Shown here: positions 37,301 to 49,085 of the stretch, one piece after another
Position numbering within the stretch: position 1 is the first letter of the stretch
Layout of the letters: the number at the start of each line of letters is the position of its first letter
DNA from: Saccostrea echinata
Lineage: Eukaryota
NCBI RefSeq assembly: GCF_033153115.1
Contig: NW_026889763.1
Span: forward strand, 5,518,001-5,582,000
Reading direction: 5' to 3'
Length of the DNA stretch: 64,000 nt
Notes under the pieces: generated by a model
What the model saw: the letters and a program-made list of their open reading frames with translations, nothing else
What the model was told of the DNA's origin: nothing
The model's database searches: none
Made by a program: the position numbers and the translations under genes

Positions 37301-40248
37301 GTCTACAGTCTGGGTCTTTGTGTTGATATAGTAACTATCCGGAGTGGCAGAAAATACGCCCCCAGGAAATTTACATACGGACACAACAACAACAACTCGG
37401 GGATTCTGTGGATAAAAGTAATCATGGGTAATTTGTTAACCTTGGAAAGATCTCCCTAAAATATTTCTGAATAAGAAAATTTGAGATTGATGTATTCTAC
37501 AATAACTTTTCAAATACTATTAACTTGATTAACAAATTTAGATATTAATGTGTAGATAATTTGTATCTTTGTAATTTAATCTTAAAAAAACTTTCTGCTA
37601 AGTACCATATGAGCAAAAGATTTAGCAGAAATTCAATTTTGGCAATATCAGCAAGAGTGTTGAAGTTGCTAGATTGAATATTGCTAACAATGCACTCTGC
37701 ACAAGTGGTAATTAAGAATCATTTAAAATTAACTCTTGCTAAAATAAAATATGGATTTTTAAGGAAAAAAGCTAAGCTTGTGTCTCGTAAAAAATAAAAT
37801 CCACTTACATAGTACATGTATGTGAAAACTTAATAAAAAATATTTGAAGTCAGGTATACCATCTTATGAGGCACACTCTGCACTGGGGAGAAATGAATGT
37901 CCCACTGAACCCCTCTCTGGGCACTGAAGGAGGAACTCCCCCATATCATAACATCCATCTTCAACTGGACCAGCTTTACTGAAATAAGAAGACTTCAATC
38001 AATAGTGTTGATACATGTAAATAAATTAAAATAATTAAATTTAATAGAGAGCTGAAAATAAACTTATGTATGAAAGATACAGGTAAAGAAAAAATCTCAT
38101 AAAAATGTCATGTTTTTCTTTCTTAAAGCAAGGTTATTTCTTAATTAGCCATGTATCTTTTCAAATTATTTGGACATATCAATTGACAATCAATAAAATA
38201 GCTAAGACATGTTTTCCACACTGTTTCTCAAAATCACAGTTTCAAGTGACCAACTTGTAATTTTAAAACATTTAACCTCATAGGTGATTTTGGATCCATT
38301 AGGATGTACCTGCAATTTAACATTAAACAAATAATTTACAAATAAAAGATGATGAACATCTTAAAAAGCAAACTTTCAATTTACAATTAAACCTAACAAC
38401 ATCTTCAAATTAATGACATATTTGATGAAAATATTTCTCATAAGAAGTCATACTTTGTCTCAATAAGATATTTTAGACTGGATATTAAGAAACAATTTAG
38501 GTTGTTCCATGTGGTTTACTAATTTTGTATTTATTACTGGTAGACATACTGCTTGGCATCATGCTAAGTTACCTGTCCATCATGTTAAGTTACCTGTCCA
38601 TGATGCTAAGTTATCTGTCCATCATGCTAAGTTACCTGTCCATCATGTTTAGTTACCTGTCCATCATGCTAAGTTACCTGTCCATCATATTAAGTTACCT
38701 GTCCATCATGCTAAGTTATCTGTCCATCATGCTAAGTTACCTGTCCATCATGTTTAGTTACCTGTCCATCATGCTAAGTTACCTGTCCATCATGCTAAGT
38801 TATCTGTCCACCATGTTGTTACCTGTCCATCATGCTAAGTTACCTGTCCATCATGTTAAGTTACCTGTCCATCATGCTAAGTCACCTGTTCTCTCTTGTT
38901 CCTGGTCAGTCATCTCTTCTCCATACACAGCAGCCTGATCATCATCAATGCCAAAATAGATGTGTCCTCCTTCATGATTAGCAAATGCTGTCACATATTT
39001 TGATATCAGTGTCCTAATTTTGTCTGGGATGCCTTTCCCGTCTCTTGAATTTCGACTTGATAGCTGTTTGAATTGAATTTGCTTTGTCTCTTGTTTGAGA
39101 TACTCATTTGTAACTCCATACTGGAAGTTTGTGGGGATTGAAGGGAGGGCAGAGAGTGGTTTTCCTGATTCATCTCTCTGGAGGAGCTTGATCACAGACT
39201 GGTAACTGACCTCATGCGTGGCTGTGTCAGTGGGTAAACGGGAATGATAGTCTATTGTACAGATGTGCTCAGCAGACTTGATAAAGAGATACAGATCGGC
39301 ATCATCGTAATTTCCCACCATATCAAAATAGTTACAAATATCATCTGATGAGATCATCTCAGCGAGTTTTATTTCCATTCCACTCCACCATATATCTAAA
39401 TCTTTGGAGCAGACTCCACTTCTATAATCCTCATTCTTCATGTGGAGAACACCTCCACCACTATTCGCGATTCCACATGCATAGCGTAAAACAATATCAT
39501 TGTCAAATTCATGGATTCCTCTGGAGATGTGGATATTGCAGTGGAGAATACACTCCCCATACCGATGTAGATTGGATGTTCTTAACATGGAAGAAAAAAT
39601 TAAGAGAGCTTTATAAATTCTGGTTCATTAATTTATCTTTGCAAGCCAAGAGCTTCAAATTCATTCCTCTACTCAAGGATAGGAGGAAATTAGGAAATAA
39701 TGATTAGTGCAGATTTGAATCAGCATATATATTATTATAATACATGTATATAAAACCCCTTTCAAGATGTTGCAATGATGCTGTATATTGTACAATATCA
39801 TGAAAGGGGTTTTGAACTTAATATAATTGAAATGATTCTTTTTATTCATATAGAAGAGACAAGTTTGTGCCTATGTCTGAGGTTGAACAATCGAGGGATC
39901 TCTGGCTTATTTACCAGTTTAGTGCACTCTACCAATAGATTGCTAAAAGCCAAAGCTAGTATGATTCCATGCATCTTACACTACCACATTTACATACCAA
40001 CATAACATTTAAAGTATGTTAACTCTTGCTCAACCTTAGTGTTAATATACATGTATTTTTTAGAGATGTTCAAAAAGTTATCATGTACTTCTAAGGAAAC
40101 ATGGTAAACTAAAACTTAAGATTCACATGTTGTTTATGTTTTAACCAGAATTGAACAGGAAAATAATATACAATGTATATACTTACATGTCGTGTGTAGA
40201 AAGTCCAAAATGGTCTGTAGACATTTTTTGTCTTTTAATTTTTTTCAT
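34301..40248 (-). CDS. Full-length Schlafen family protein (AlbA_2 core, SWADL-like linker, SF1 helicase-like domain), SLFN11/13-like architecture, 904 aa
   Basis: Exons 40248-40187, 39580-38886, 37978-37860, 37405-37252, 36838-36725, 36093-35361 and 35138-34301 total 2715 nt in phase. Motifs RYACGIANSGGG, ETKQIQFK, YVTAFANHEGGHIYFGIDD, VNCWGL..VTCDL, VHSPPGAGKT, VIVDEAQNF, DGDWY, FSGLDR, LATRAR. Confidence 0.9.
38556..38889 (-). repeat. 21-bp minisatellite x~16 reiterating the Schlafen exon-2 splice donor
   Basis: Minus-strand unit GACAG|GTAACTTAGCATGATG; the first copy is the real junction ACAG|GTGACT at 38886/38885. Confidence 0.93.
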
Positions 40249-40379
40249 CACTGAATTGCATGCTGAGTATAATTAAACTGTAAATACATTTTAGGACCAA
40301 TTGGATATTTTAAGATTGTGCACAGCGCCAAAAATATAAAACAAATCAAATGTTAAGAAATAATTCGCTGACATGTCTT

Positions 40380-40670
40380 ACTGAATAAATCAAGACAGTA
40401 AATATTTTTTTGTAAACAAACATAGGAAACGGAATAGGACGCAGCCATTTTACCGGATATTCATCGGGAGTGTTTCATGAATTTTTTTTGTTATGGCTAT
40501 GGACGTGGTGTTTGTCAAATGTTTGATAAAATCCTTTATTTTTATAAAACAATTCCTTGAAATATTTGATTTGTAACAAAAATGTTTTTGTGATTGTTAG
40601 TACCAACCATGCGAAAACATTTCCTTAGTAATAATGCTCTCTCCCTAGAGCTCTTTAGTGATGAAGGTAA
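40380..40670. promoter_or_regulatory. Putative bidirectional promoter and non-coding first exons shared by the Schlafen (-) and PAAT (+)
   Basis: Minus-strand donor GTAAGA at 40381 with acceptor at 40278; plus-strand donor AAG|GTAAGA at about 40667; YY1-like GCAGCCATTTT at 40441-40451. Confidence 0.5.
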
Positions 40671-40900
40671 GAAAATACTATCAGATTTTTGTTGACATTG
40701 ACTTTCACTTTCAGTATCTCATGTAAAGAACTTCTTTAAGAAAATAGACACTCATTAAGGATCGGAAAAGATAGAATTTTAAAAACTGAATTTTGTAGAA
40801 CAACCACTTCAGTTTATTCTTTGTAGAGGAGCTAAAATACACCACGCTGCACACACACTGAAAGGTTTGTGGGAGGTTTTTCTGACATTTGCATGCCATA

Positions 40901-41378
40901 CAGGTCCAGTCCAAAAACTATTCCTACTTACGTAGCTATTAATAGCTACCTAGGTATTTAAACCTACCCAAAGTAGCTATTTCTACCTAAAAATTGCATT
41001 ACTTGCATTTTATGGCTAAACGCCCGAATGGCGCAACATGGTGAGTACCAAATTTCTTGATACAATCACACTGATGATGAATACAAGAAAATTGTGGCCA
41101 AAAAATGATTGCTTCATAAATTAACAATTTTGCATAGTAATAAATGCAAAATTGTTAATTTACTACGTAATCATTTTTTGGTCCAAATTTTGTCGTATTC
41201 ATCATCAGTGTGACTGTATCAAAAAATTTGGTACTCACCATGTTGCGCCATTCCGCCGTTTGGCCACAAAATGCAAGTAATGCAAAAAGTAGGTAAAGAT
41301 AGCTACTTTGGGTAGGTTTAAATACCTAGGTAGCTATTAATAGCTACGTAGGTAGAAATAGTCTTTGGACTGGACCTG
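40901..41378. mobile_element. Fully palindromic Tc1/mariner-like MITE (~480 bp)
   Basis: TA|CAGGTCCAGTCCAAA...TTTGGACTGGACCTG; arms pair up to the centre near 41140. Confidence 0.85.
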
Positions 41379-41397
41379 TTATATTTACAACCCTTAA

Positions 41398-42176
41398 AGG
41401 TGCTTGGACACAGATTTTAAGTTAATATTTTCTCAAATTTTCTGTATAATTTCATGACTTATATATTGCTAAAGTATTTCATACTAAAATATAATAAAAT
41501 CTTATTTCATCTCGAAGTTATTAAAACTTCGAATTTCTGGACTCGTTGGATTGACACATCCGTGCACTTTCACATATTTTAATTTTATTCTTAATACTGA
41601 AGAAAAGTGGCAATTTTGTTGTGTATTAATGAAAAATATTAAAACTATAACCCAGAAAATTCAGAGTAGAAATGTTCGAAAGCAAAACCCACTCACAGTA
41701 TTGTAAGTCCCTGCTCAGTGGTGTGTGCAGAGTTTAACAATTGAACACACCCGGTGAATCATAAACATTAACAATAACAGAGCTTGTGCCCTGTTTACAA
41801 AAACAGTTTACGTTTCACGGGTGTGTTCCATTTGTTAAACTCTGTACACATCACAGAGCATGGACTGACAATACTGGTGAGTTGGTTTTGCTTTCGAACA
41901 TTTCTACTCTTAATTTTCTGGAATATAGATGTAATATTTTTCATTAATACATAACAAAATCGCTTCTTTTCTTAAATATTAAGGATAAAGTTAAAATTTG
42001 TGTAAGTGCAAAGATGTGTTAATCAAACGCGTCCCGGAATTCGTAGTTCCAATAATTCCCAGATAAAATAAGTTTTTAATTATATTTTCATGTGAAATGC
42101 TATTGCAATATATAAGTCGTGATATTATACAGAAAATTTGAGAAAATATTAAGTTCAAATCTGTGTCTAAGCACCT
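41398..42176. mobile_element. Fully palindromic Kolobok-like MITE (~780 bp)
   Basis: TTAA|AGGTGCTTGGACACAGATTT...AAATCTGTGTCTAAGCACCT|TTAA. Confidence 0.85.
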
Positions 42177-42494
42177 TTAAAGATAAAAGATGAATAGATG
42201 GAACTAATCTCACCTCTATGCAGTATATGTTTGTGCAGATAATACCTGTAATTATTAAGATTTTTTGTATACTAATGCCCTAATAACCCAGGAGAAGTTA
42301 TGATTGTTTACTTTGTAATGTGAAGCTGATTTTGACAGTCCACTCAATTAACATGATAGAGAGAAAAAAAAACAGAAAAGGTTACATGTCAAACATTTTT
42401 TAAACCGAAGCAGATTTTTAAATATTGAAGTTTTATTTGACTTTCTTATGTAAAACATTCTATTAAGTGATGTGATAACCATTTAATTATACAG

Positions 42495-45400
42495 ATGGCA
42501 GGGATAGACTATTGCACTGTTCTACCATCCTGGGACTTCGACAAAGATCCAGCAACTATTGTAGAGTATTACTTTGGACAAGAGTTTAGGTTTGACATAA
42601 ATTTAATTATTAAGAGATATTTTTAACCATTTAGCTGAATTTTACGGTTTTTGCTCCTTCATAATAAGTGACATTATTTTAATATTGGGAGGTCTTCAGG
42701 AGCCAGTCAGTTAATATCTTTCTTCCTTTTGGTACATTAGAAGCTTTTTGATTCAAGTTTTAGTGCAAGTCATTTCTTTTTTTGCCAATCTGATTAAAAT
42801 CAGTTGTTCTGATATGCTACCGCTTATGAACGTAATTTTAATCAGATTGTTTTTTTCCTAGCTCACAGACAGATGATAATGATGATGATGGAAGTGGACA
42901 ACAACCTTGTCAAGATATCAACCCGAGAAATTTCCTCCAGCTGTCCAGTGTGGAGGGGGAGGAGGTCTGTACCATGACCTTGACCTGTAAACCTCAGTAT
43001 CACATCAGTATCTGTGGTCTCCATGTGTACAGTCAGGCAAGACTGGTGGAAATCTATGATGCAAGTGAGGGGTACCTAAAGACTGTGAGGGGACAGAGAA
43101 TGAGGATGATGGGGGATGATGAAGGGGGAGAGGATTCAGAGGTTGTGTACAAGTGTAGGACATCATTAGACACATGTTATGGACTGACCATCAAGGTGAA
43201 ATTGTTACAAAGTCATTTTGTATTAATGTTTTCTTATCTTAAAATATCCCAATCTAAGTGGCTTTAATTTTCTTGAATTATCACTTTATTACATGTATTT
43301 ATTTAATTAAATAATACATAAATTTAATTAAATTTACACATCAGGAATGTCCTTTGATAAAAATCATCAAATTAATGCATATGTTTTAATGACAGTGTAT
43401 GAAATAATGCTGGTTTTGACTTGAACAATTCTACACAAAAAAGTGGTCTGACATTCTTAGAAATATTACAGTAGATCAGAGTCAACATAACCTAAATTTG
43501 TGAATTTAAAATGAATCAAAATTACTAATGAATTATCCACCTTTGATCAGCATTGAGGAGTCCATTTTACATTCCAGTTTCCACGAGTTCATGGTGTCAA
43601 TTTCTTCAAGATTTTCAAAGTAGTCTTCATTCTTCATCCTGAACCAGAAGAAGATTATGGTGGGAGTGGAGGTCAGTTAGGTCAAATAAACATGTCAAAG
43701 GTCAAGAGTTATGTAACAAGTCTCGGAGACAACATCCCTGAGGGAGCCAGGGGACTGATGCAATCCATGGAGGAATTTCAGCAGGTAAGATTTGTGTGAT
43801 TTATACATGTCATGTACTGTGATATAGAAATATTATTAAGTTCATGTTAAGAATATTTTGAATTTGGTGTGGTAAGAGATTTTTTAACAATGAATGTTAA
43901 ACCTCTAAAAATTGTTTCCTAGATAAATCTATCTAAAAAGTCTAACATTCAAAGTTTTACTGAGCGGTCTGAAAAAAAATTGATGTTGGACCACTGAGTG
44001 GGATATTAGATCTGTCATTGAGATATTGGATCGCTATAACACTTTTTACATCACACTGTAGGTGAGATCAGCTATATCTTACCAATTATTGAAAACATGG
44101 AGGCCATTGCAAGATATGTCAAAATAAAAAGTAAAAGTCATATATATCAAAACATTTATTGACTGTACATGTGTTCCTGAGTAAAATGCATTTTGTCGAC
44201 CCCTTGAACCATCAGCTACAGGCAACACCAATTTGGTTCTTGGGTCCAACAGAATGCATGTTGCCCTTGAACCCAGTCAATAAATGTATAGTGTAAGGAA
44301 TACCATCACATGTAATACACAGTACATGTATGTCAAAGCTGCATAACTTTTCAAAAAGGCTTCACCTTCAACTACATGTATTTACATTTGCTACATTTTT
44401 TTCTCTTAATTTATTTGCAATTTTCTTGAACAGTCACACATGTTAATATACACCAAGAAACTCACACTGTTGTGAAATCACAATTAGGAAGTTGAGATGG
44501 TAGTAAAAATATTACATAGTGCAGTGGTAAATTCAAATCTTGAATGAATTTTTGCTGTTTTTAAACATGTAAATTACAAACAAAGGGATTGCTTTTTTAT
44601 TTAGTCTGCAAATGTTATTGGTGTGTACATTAAACAGAATTGTCAGGTAGGCATATTGTTCATTAAGTGCTAACAAGAAGTGCTAACATGCATCATGAAT
44701 TTCAAATATGCCTACAGGACAAGTTTGTTTGAAGTACACACCAATATCATTCACAAAACTTAAATCATTCCCTAATTATCCAACCAAAATTGCAGTTTAT
44801 TGTTAAATTCCATTATTTGGTACTTTTGATACTTTATCTAGAATCAGAGGGCTTCTATGACTGGAATACATGGTTTTCTTGGCCAGCAACCTTCATCTGC
44901 AGGGTCACCACTAGGAATGATGGGATTGATGTCCATGCTCTCTCAAATGGGAATCAGGTCTAATCAGCTTCCAGGAAAAACAAGCAACAGCCAATCACAT
45001 TCAAACAATTTATCTCAAAAGGGAATCAGGTCCAATCATCTTCCAGAACAAACAAACAACCAATCACATTCAAGCAATTTATCTCAACAGAGAAGGCAAG
45101 ATCAGTCTGGGAATTCAAATGAGAGTGATTCTTCAGATGTTTTCTCTCTACTACATAACATTTGTGATAGAGTTTCTGGAATGCGAGCAGAGGAAAAAAG
45201 AAAAATGGAAGAAGCCGAGGAGACAAAGAGAAGGGAAGCAGAAAAAGCAAAGGAAGGAAAATTGCAATCAGTAGACAGTGCTTCAGAAAATACCACAGAC
45301 GCAAATATTCCAGAGGAAATGAGGTTGGAATTAATGTTACCTTGTTTGTACAGCTTTGGAAAAGTAAAATAATTGTGAAAAACACAAAAATACAATATAG

Positions 45401-45806
45401 AGAGTTTCGGTTCTGCTGTTAGCTAATAAAATTGTTTGAATTCATATCTTATGTGTAATTTAAGATAAGGTAGATTTAGAATACTTTTTACTTGTAAGAA
45501 TTGGTATTTTATTGCAGAGTCATAAAATGAAAGAAATGTGATTTCAGATGTGTTGTTCAAGGACAACAACTCTGATCAAATTCACTCTCATAAACTTTTA
45601 AATTTATCTTTCTTTTCAGAAACAGAGATACAGAAGTTTCTCCTGGATCTTCAAACTCATTGAACACCAAATTAGAGGACCTTGAACAAAGACTTTTAAG
45701 TCATGTAGACTGTAAACTAAGTGAGATGGAAAAACGTATCAACTCAAGACTTGATGAAATCTTAAAATTACTTCAGAGTGGTTGTGTCTCCACTCCAGAA
45801 TCCTGA
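42495..45806 (+). CDS. PAAT: PAAT / C10orf88 homolog (DUF4506), 434 aa
   Basis: Exons 42495-42589, 42862-43195, 43578-43784, 44842-45323 and 45620-45806 total 1305 nt in phase. SQARLVEIY..YLKTVRG, INMSKVKSYVTSLGDNIPEGARGLM and the C-terminal coiled coil LEQRLLSHVDCKLSEMEKRINSRLDEILKLL resemble C10orf88. Confidence 0.8.
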
Positions 45807-45913
45807 CACAGAGTGTTGAGACATGATTTTGTTTTCAGTACAATTTGTTTTTAGTTTAATGGTTGATAAATAATAACCTGGCATTATGTTTCCTGAAGAC
45901 CTAACCTTTTATA

Positions 45914-47590
45914 TTTTTAGCTCACCTCGACGAAGTCGAGATGAGCTTATGCTATACCCCCGGCGTCGGCGTCGGCGTCGGTGTCGGCGTCGGCGTTAGC
46001 GTCGGCGTCCAAGGTTAAAGTTTTAGGAGCAAGTCCCATTCCCAAGTAACTATAAGCCCTACCTGGACCAAACTTGCATGGATGATGCATCTAGGGATGG
46101 ACACTACCACACTTGCTTCGGATGCTGGATCTGACCTAGATTTTCCGGATGAGTGACCAGGTTAAAGTTTTAGGAGCAGGTCCATTCCCAAGTAACTATA
46201 AGCCCTACCTGGACCAAACTTGCATGGATATTGCATCTAGGGATGGACACTACCACACTTGCTTCGGATGCTGGATCTGACCTAGATTTTCCGGATGAGC
46301 GACCAGGTTAAAGTTTTAGGAGCAGGTCCATTCCCAAGTAACTATAAGCCCTACCTGGACCAAACTTGCATGGATGATGCATCTAGGGATGGACACTACC
46401 ACACTTGCTTCGGATGCTGGATCTGACCTAGATTTTCCGGATGAGTGACCAGGTTAAAGTTTAAGGAGCAGGTCCATTCCCAAGTAACTATAAGCCCTAC
46501 CTGGACCAAACTTGCATGAATGATGCATCTAGGGATGGACACTACCACACTTGCTTCAGATGCTGGATCTGACCTAGATTTTCCAGATGAGTGACCAGGT
46601 TAAAGTTTTAGGAGCAGGTCCATTCCCAAGTAACTATAAGCCCTACCTGGACCAAACTTGCATGGATGATGCATCTAGGGATGGACATGGCCACACTTAC
46701 TTCGGATGCTGGATCTGAACTAGATTTTCCGGATGATCGAGTGACCAGGTTAAAGTTTAAGGAGCAGGTCAATTCCCAAGTAACTATAAACCCTACCTTG
46801 ACCAAACTTGCATGGATGATGCATCTAGGGATGGACACTACCACACTTGCTTCGGATGCTGGATCTGACCTAGATTTTCCGGATGAGTGACCAGGTTAAA
46901 GTTTTAGGAGCAGGTCCATTCCCAAGTAACTATAAGCCCTACCCGGACCAAACTTGCATGGATGATGCATCCAGGGATGGACACTACCACACTTGCTTCG
47001 GATGCTGGATCTGACCTAGATTTTCCACATGTGAGACCAGGTTTAGATTTAGGAGTAGTCTCGTTTCCAAGTAACTATAAGCCCTACCTGGACCAAACTT
47101 TCATGGATGATGCATCTAGGGATGTACACTAACCAACCTGCTTCGAATGCTGGATCTGACCTAGATTTTCCACATGAGTGAATTTTAGCCATATTTTAAC
47201 CAAATTAACATGGATGATGTATCTAGGGATGGACACTTCCAGACTTGCCTTGGATTCTGAATCTGATGTACATTTTCCAGATGAGTGACCAGGGTAATTT
47301 TTTGGAGTAGCTATATAATATTATGGCCTGTTATGATTAAACTTGCATAGATGGTGCATCTAAGGATGAAAACTTCCAGACTTGCTTTGGATGTTGGAAG
47401 TGACCAAAATTTTCTTGATTACTAAACAGGTCAAAAGTTTTTTGAGCAGGTCTATAATTAAATCAAACTTGCATGGCCATTGATCTTGGGATGTACCCTA
47501 ACTAGAAAAAAAATATGATGTGAAATTTGCCTTACATGTAGATAACATTCGTCGAGGTGAGCTTCGTAATCTTTGATTACCTATGTTTTT
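45914..47590 (+). mobile_element. HINE (Helentron-associated, CvA/pearl-like) with a 146-bp internal tandem array
   Basis: 5' tttttagctcacctcgacgaagtcgagatgagc hairpin, (GGCGTC)n, about 10 x 146-bp units at 46011-47500 decaying 3', and a 3' tcgtcgaggtgagc plus gtaatc..gattac hairpin, inserted in a T run. Confidence 0.88.
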
Positions 47591-47949
47591 AATATATTTT
47601 CTTTCCTTTTCCTACAGTTTTTATAATCATGCATATGAATGGATTTGAACAATTATATCCAAATGTTTTTATGATGGTTTATATCAATTCAGATAAAGAT
47701 TTCTCCAGGTTTGTGATATATAGATATATATGTATTTCCCTTGATCTTTATTTTTAAAGGAGTGAACTATTTTCACCTTAACCATCCATCTTTGTTAAAC
47801 AAATGTGTCAAACAGTTTGATTTTATACTTTTACTAACATTTTCTTTTAGTATGAATTGTTCTTTGAAATAACAAAATAAAAAAAAAATCTAGCATATTA
47901 AAACATGCAAAATAAAACTGCAGTACTGTTACAAGATTTGATCTGTTTT

Positions 47950-49085
47950 GAAACGAGATATGTTTTAGAAATATATGCTCCTCATGTGGTGACATTGGTA
48001 AGGATCAACTTTAAATTTAGAATGTTTGTAATGATAGTGAAAAAATTGGTAATCTACTAGTCAGGGGCAACAATAATGTTAAGTTTGATTTCTATCAGGC
48101 AAAAGGTTCATGAGATATTTAGCAGATAGTATCTCCCTATGTCCACCACAATTTGACATTTCACCCTCTGTGACCTCAAAATCAGTAGGGTCTTGTACTT
48201 TTTAGGAGGTACCAGTGAAGCAAGTTTGATGTCTTTCAGGCAAAAGGTTCTTAAGATATTGAGCAGACAATTTCTTCCTATCTTCAGAGTAGTTTGACCT
48301 TGTGACCTCAAAATCAATAGGGTTCTTCTACTTTTAAGGAGGTTCCATTGTACCATGTTTGATATCTGTCAAGCAAAAAAAAATGTTTTAGAGACATATA
48401 TAGCCTCCTTTTTGCAATATTCAAAGGAATCAACTTTGAATTAAGAATGCCTGTGATTGAAAAAATATGAACTATTTATTACATTCAAGAACAAACATAA
48501 AACTAAGTTTGATCTGTTTCAGAAGTCAGTATCAATTGGCCTCATTTACTTCTAAGAGGGAACTAATGTACCATATTTGATGCTTTTCAGGCAAATGGTT
48601 CTCAAGATATTGAGCAGAAAATGTCTTCCTATGTCCAGAGTAGTTTGAACCTTGACCTTGGATCATGTGACCTCAAAATTAGTAGGAGTCATCTACTCCT
48701 CAATTGTTACCAGTGTATCAAGTTTGATGCAAAGGGTTCTCAGTAAGTTGAGTAAACAATATCTTCCTATGTCCAAAACAGTTTGACCTTTGACATTGTG
48801 ACCTTAAAATCTATAGGGGACATTTACTTCTCAGGGGGTACCATACTAGAAGTACCAAGATTGATATCTGTTAAGCAAAGGGTTCTCAAAATATAGAGCA
48901 ATGTTTTCCTATGTCCATAGTTGTTTGACCTTGTGACCTCAAAATTAAATGGATCATGTTCCTTTTTAGAGGGTATAAAGTTTGATGTATGTCAAGCAAA
49001 GAGTTCTCAAGATATTGAGCAGACAAAACTTGGTCTACTTACCAACAGGTACTGAACGAAATGCACTTTTTTTCAAATATGAGGC
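47950..49085 (-). repeat. Decayed HINE-type tandem array
   Basis: Repeated tgaccttgtgacctcaaaat..gtaccaagtttgat..gcaaagggttctcaagatattgagc units. Confidence 0.6.

Noticed and set aside
38525-38938. 137-aa ORF of (IMLSYLS)n
   Set aside because: Antisense translation of the 21-bp donor repeat.
46608-46890. ORFs on both strands
   Set aside because: Lie within the 146-bp HINE satellite.
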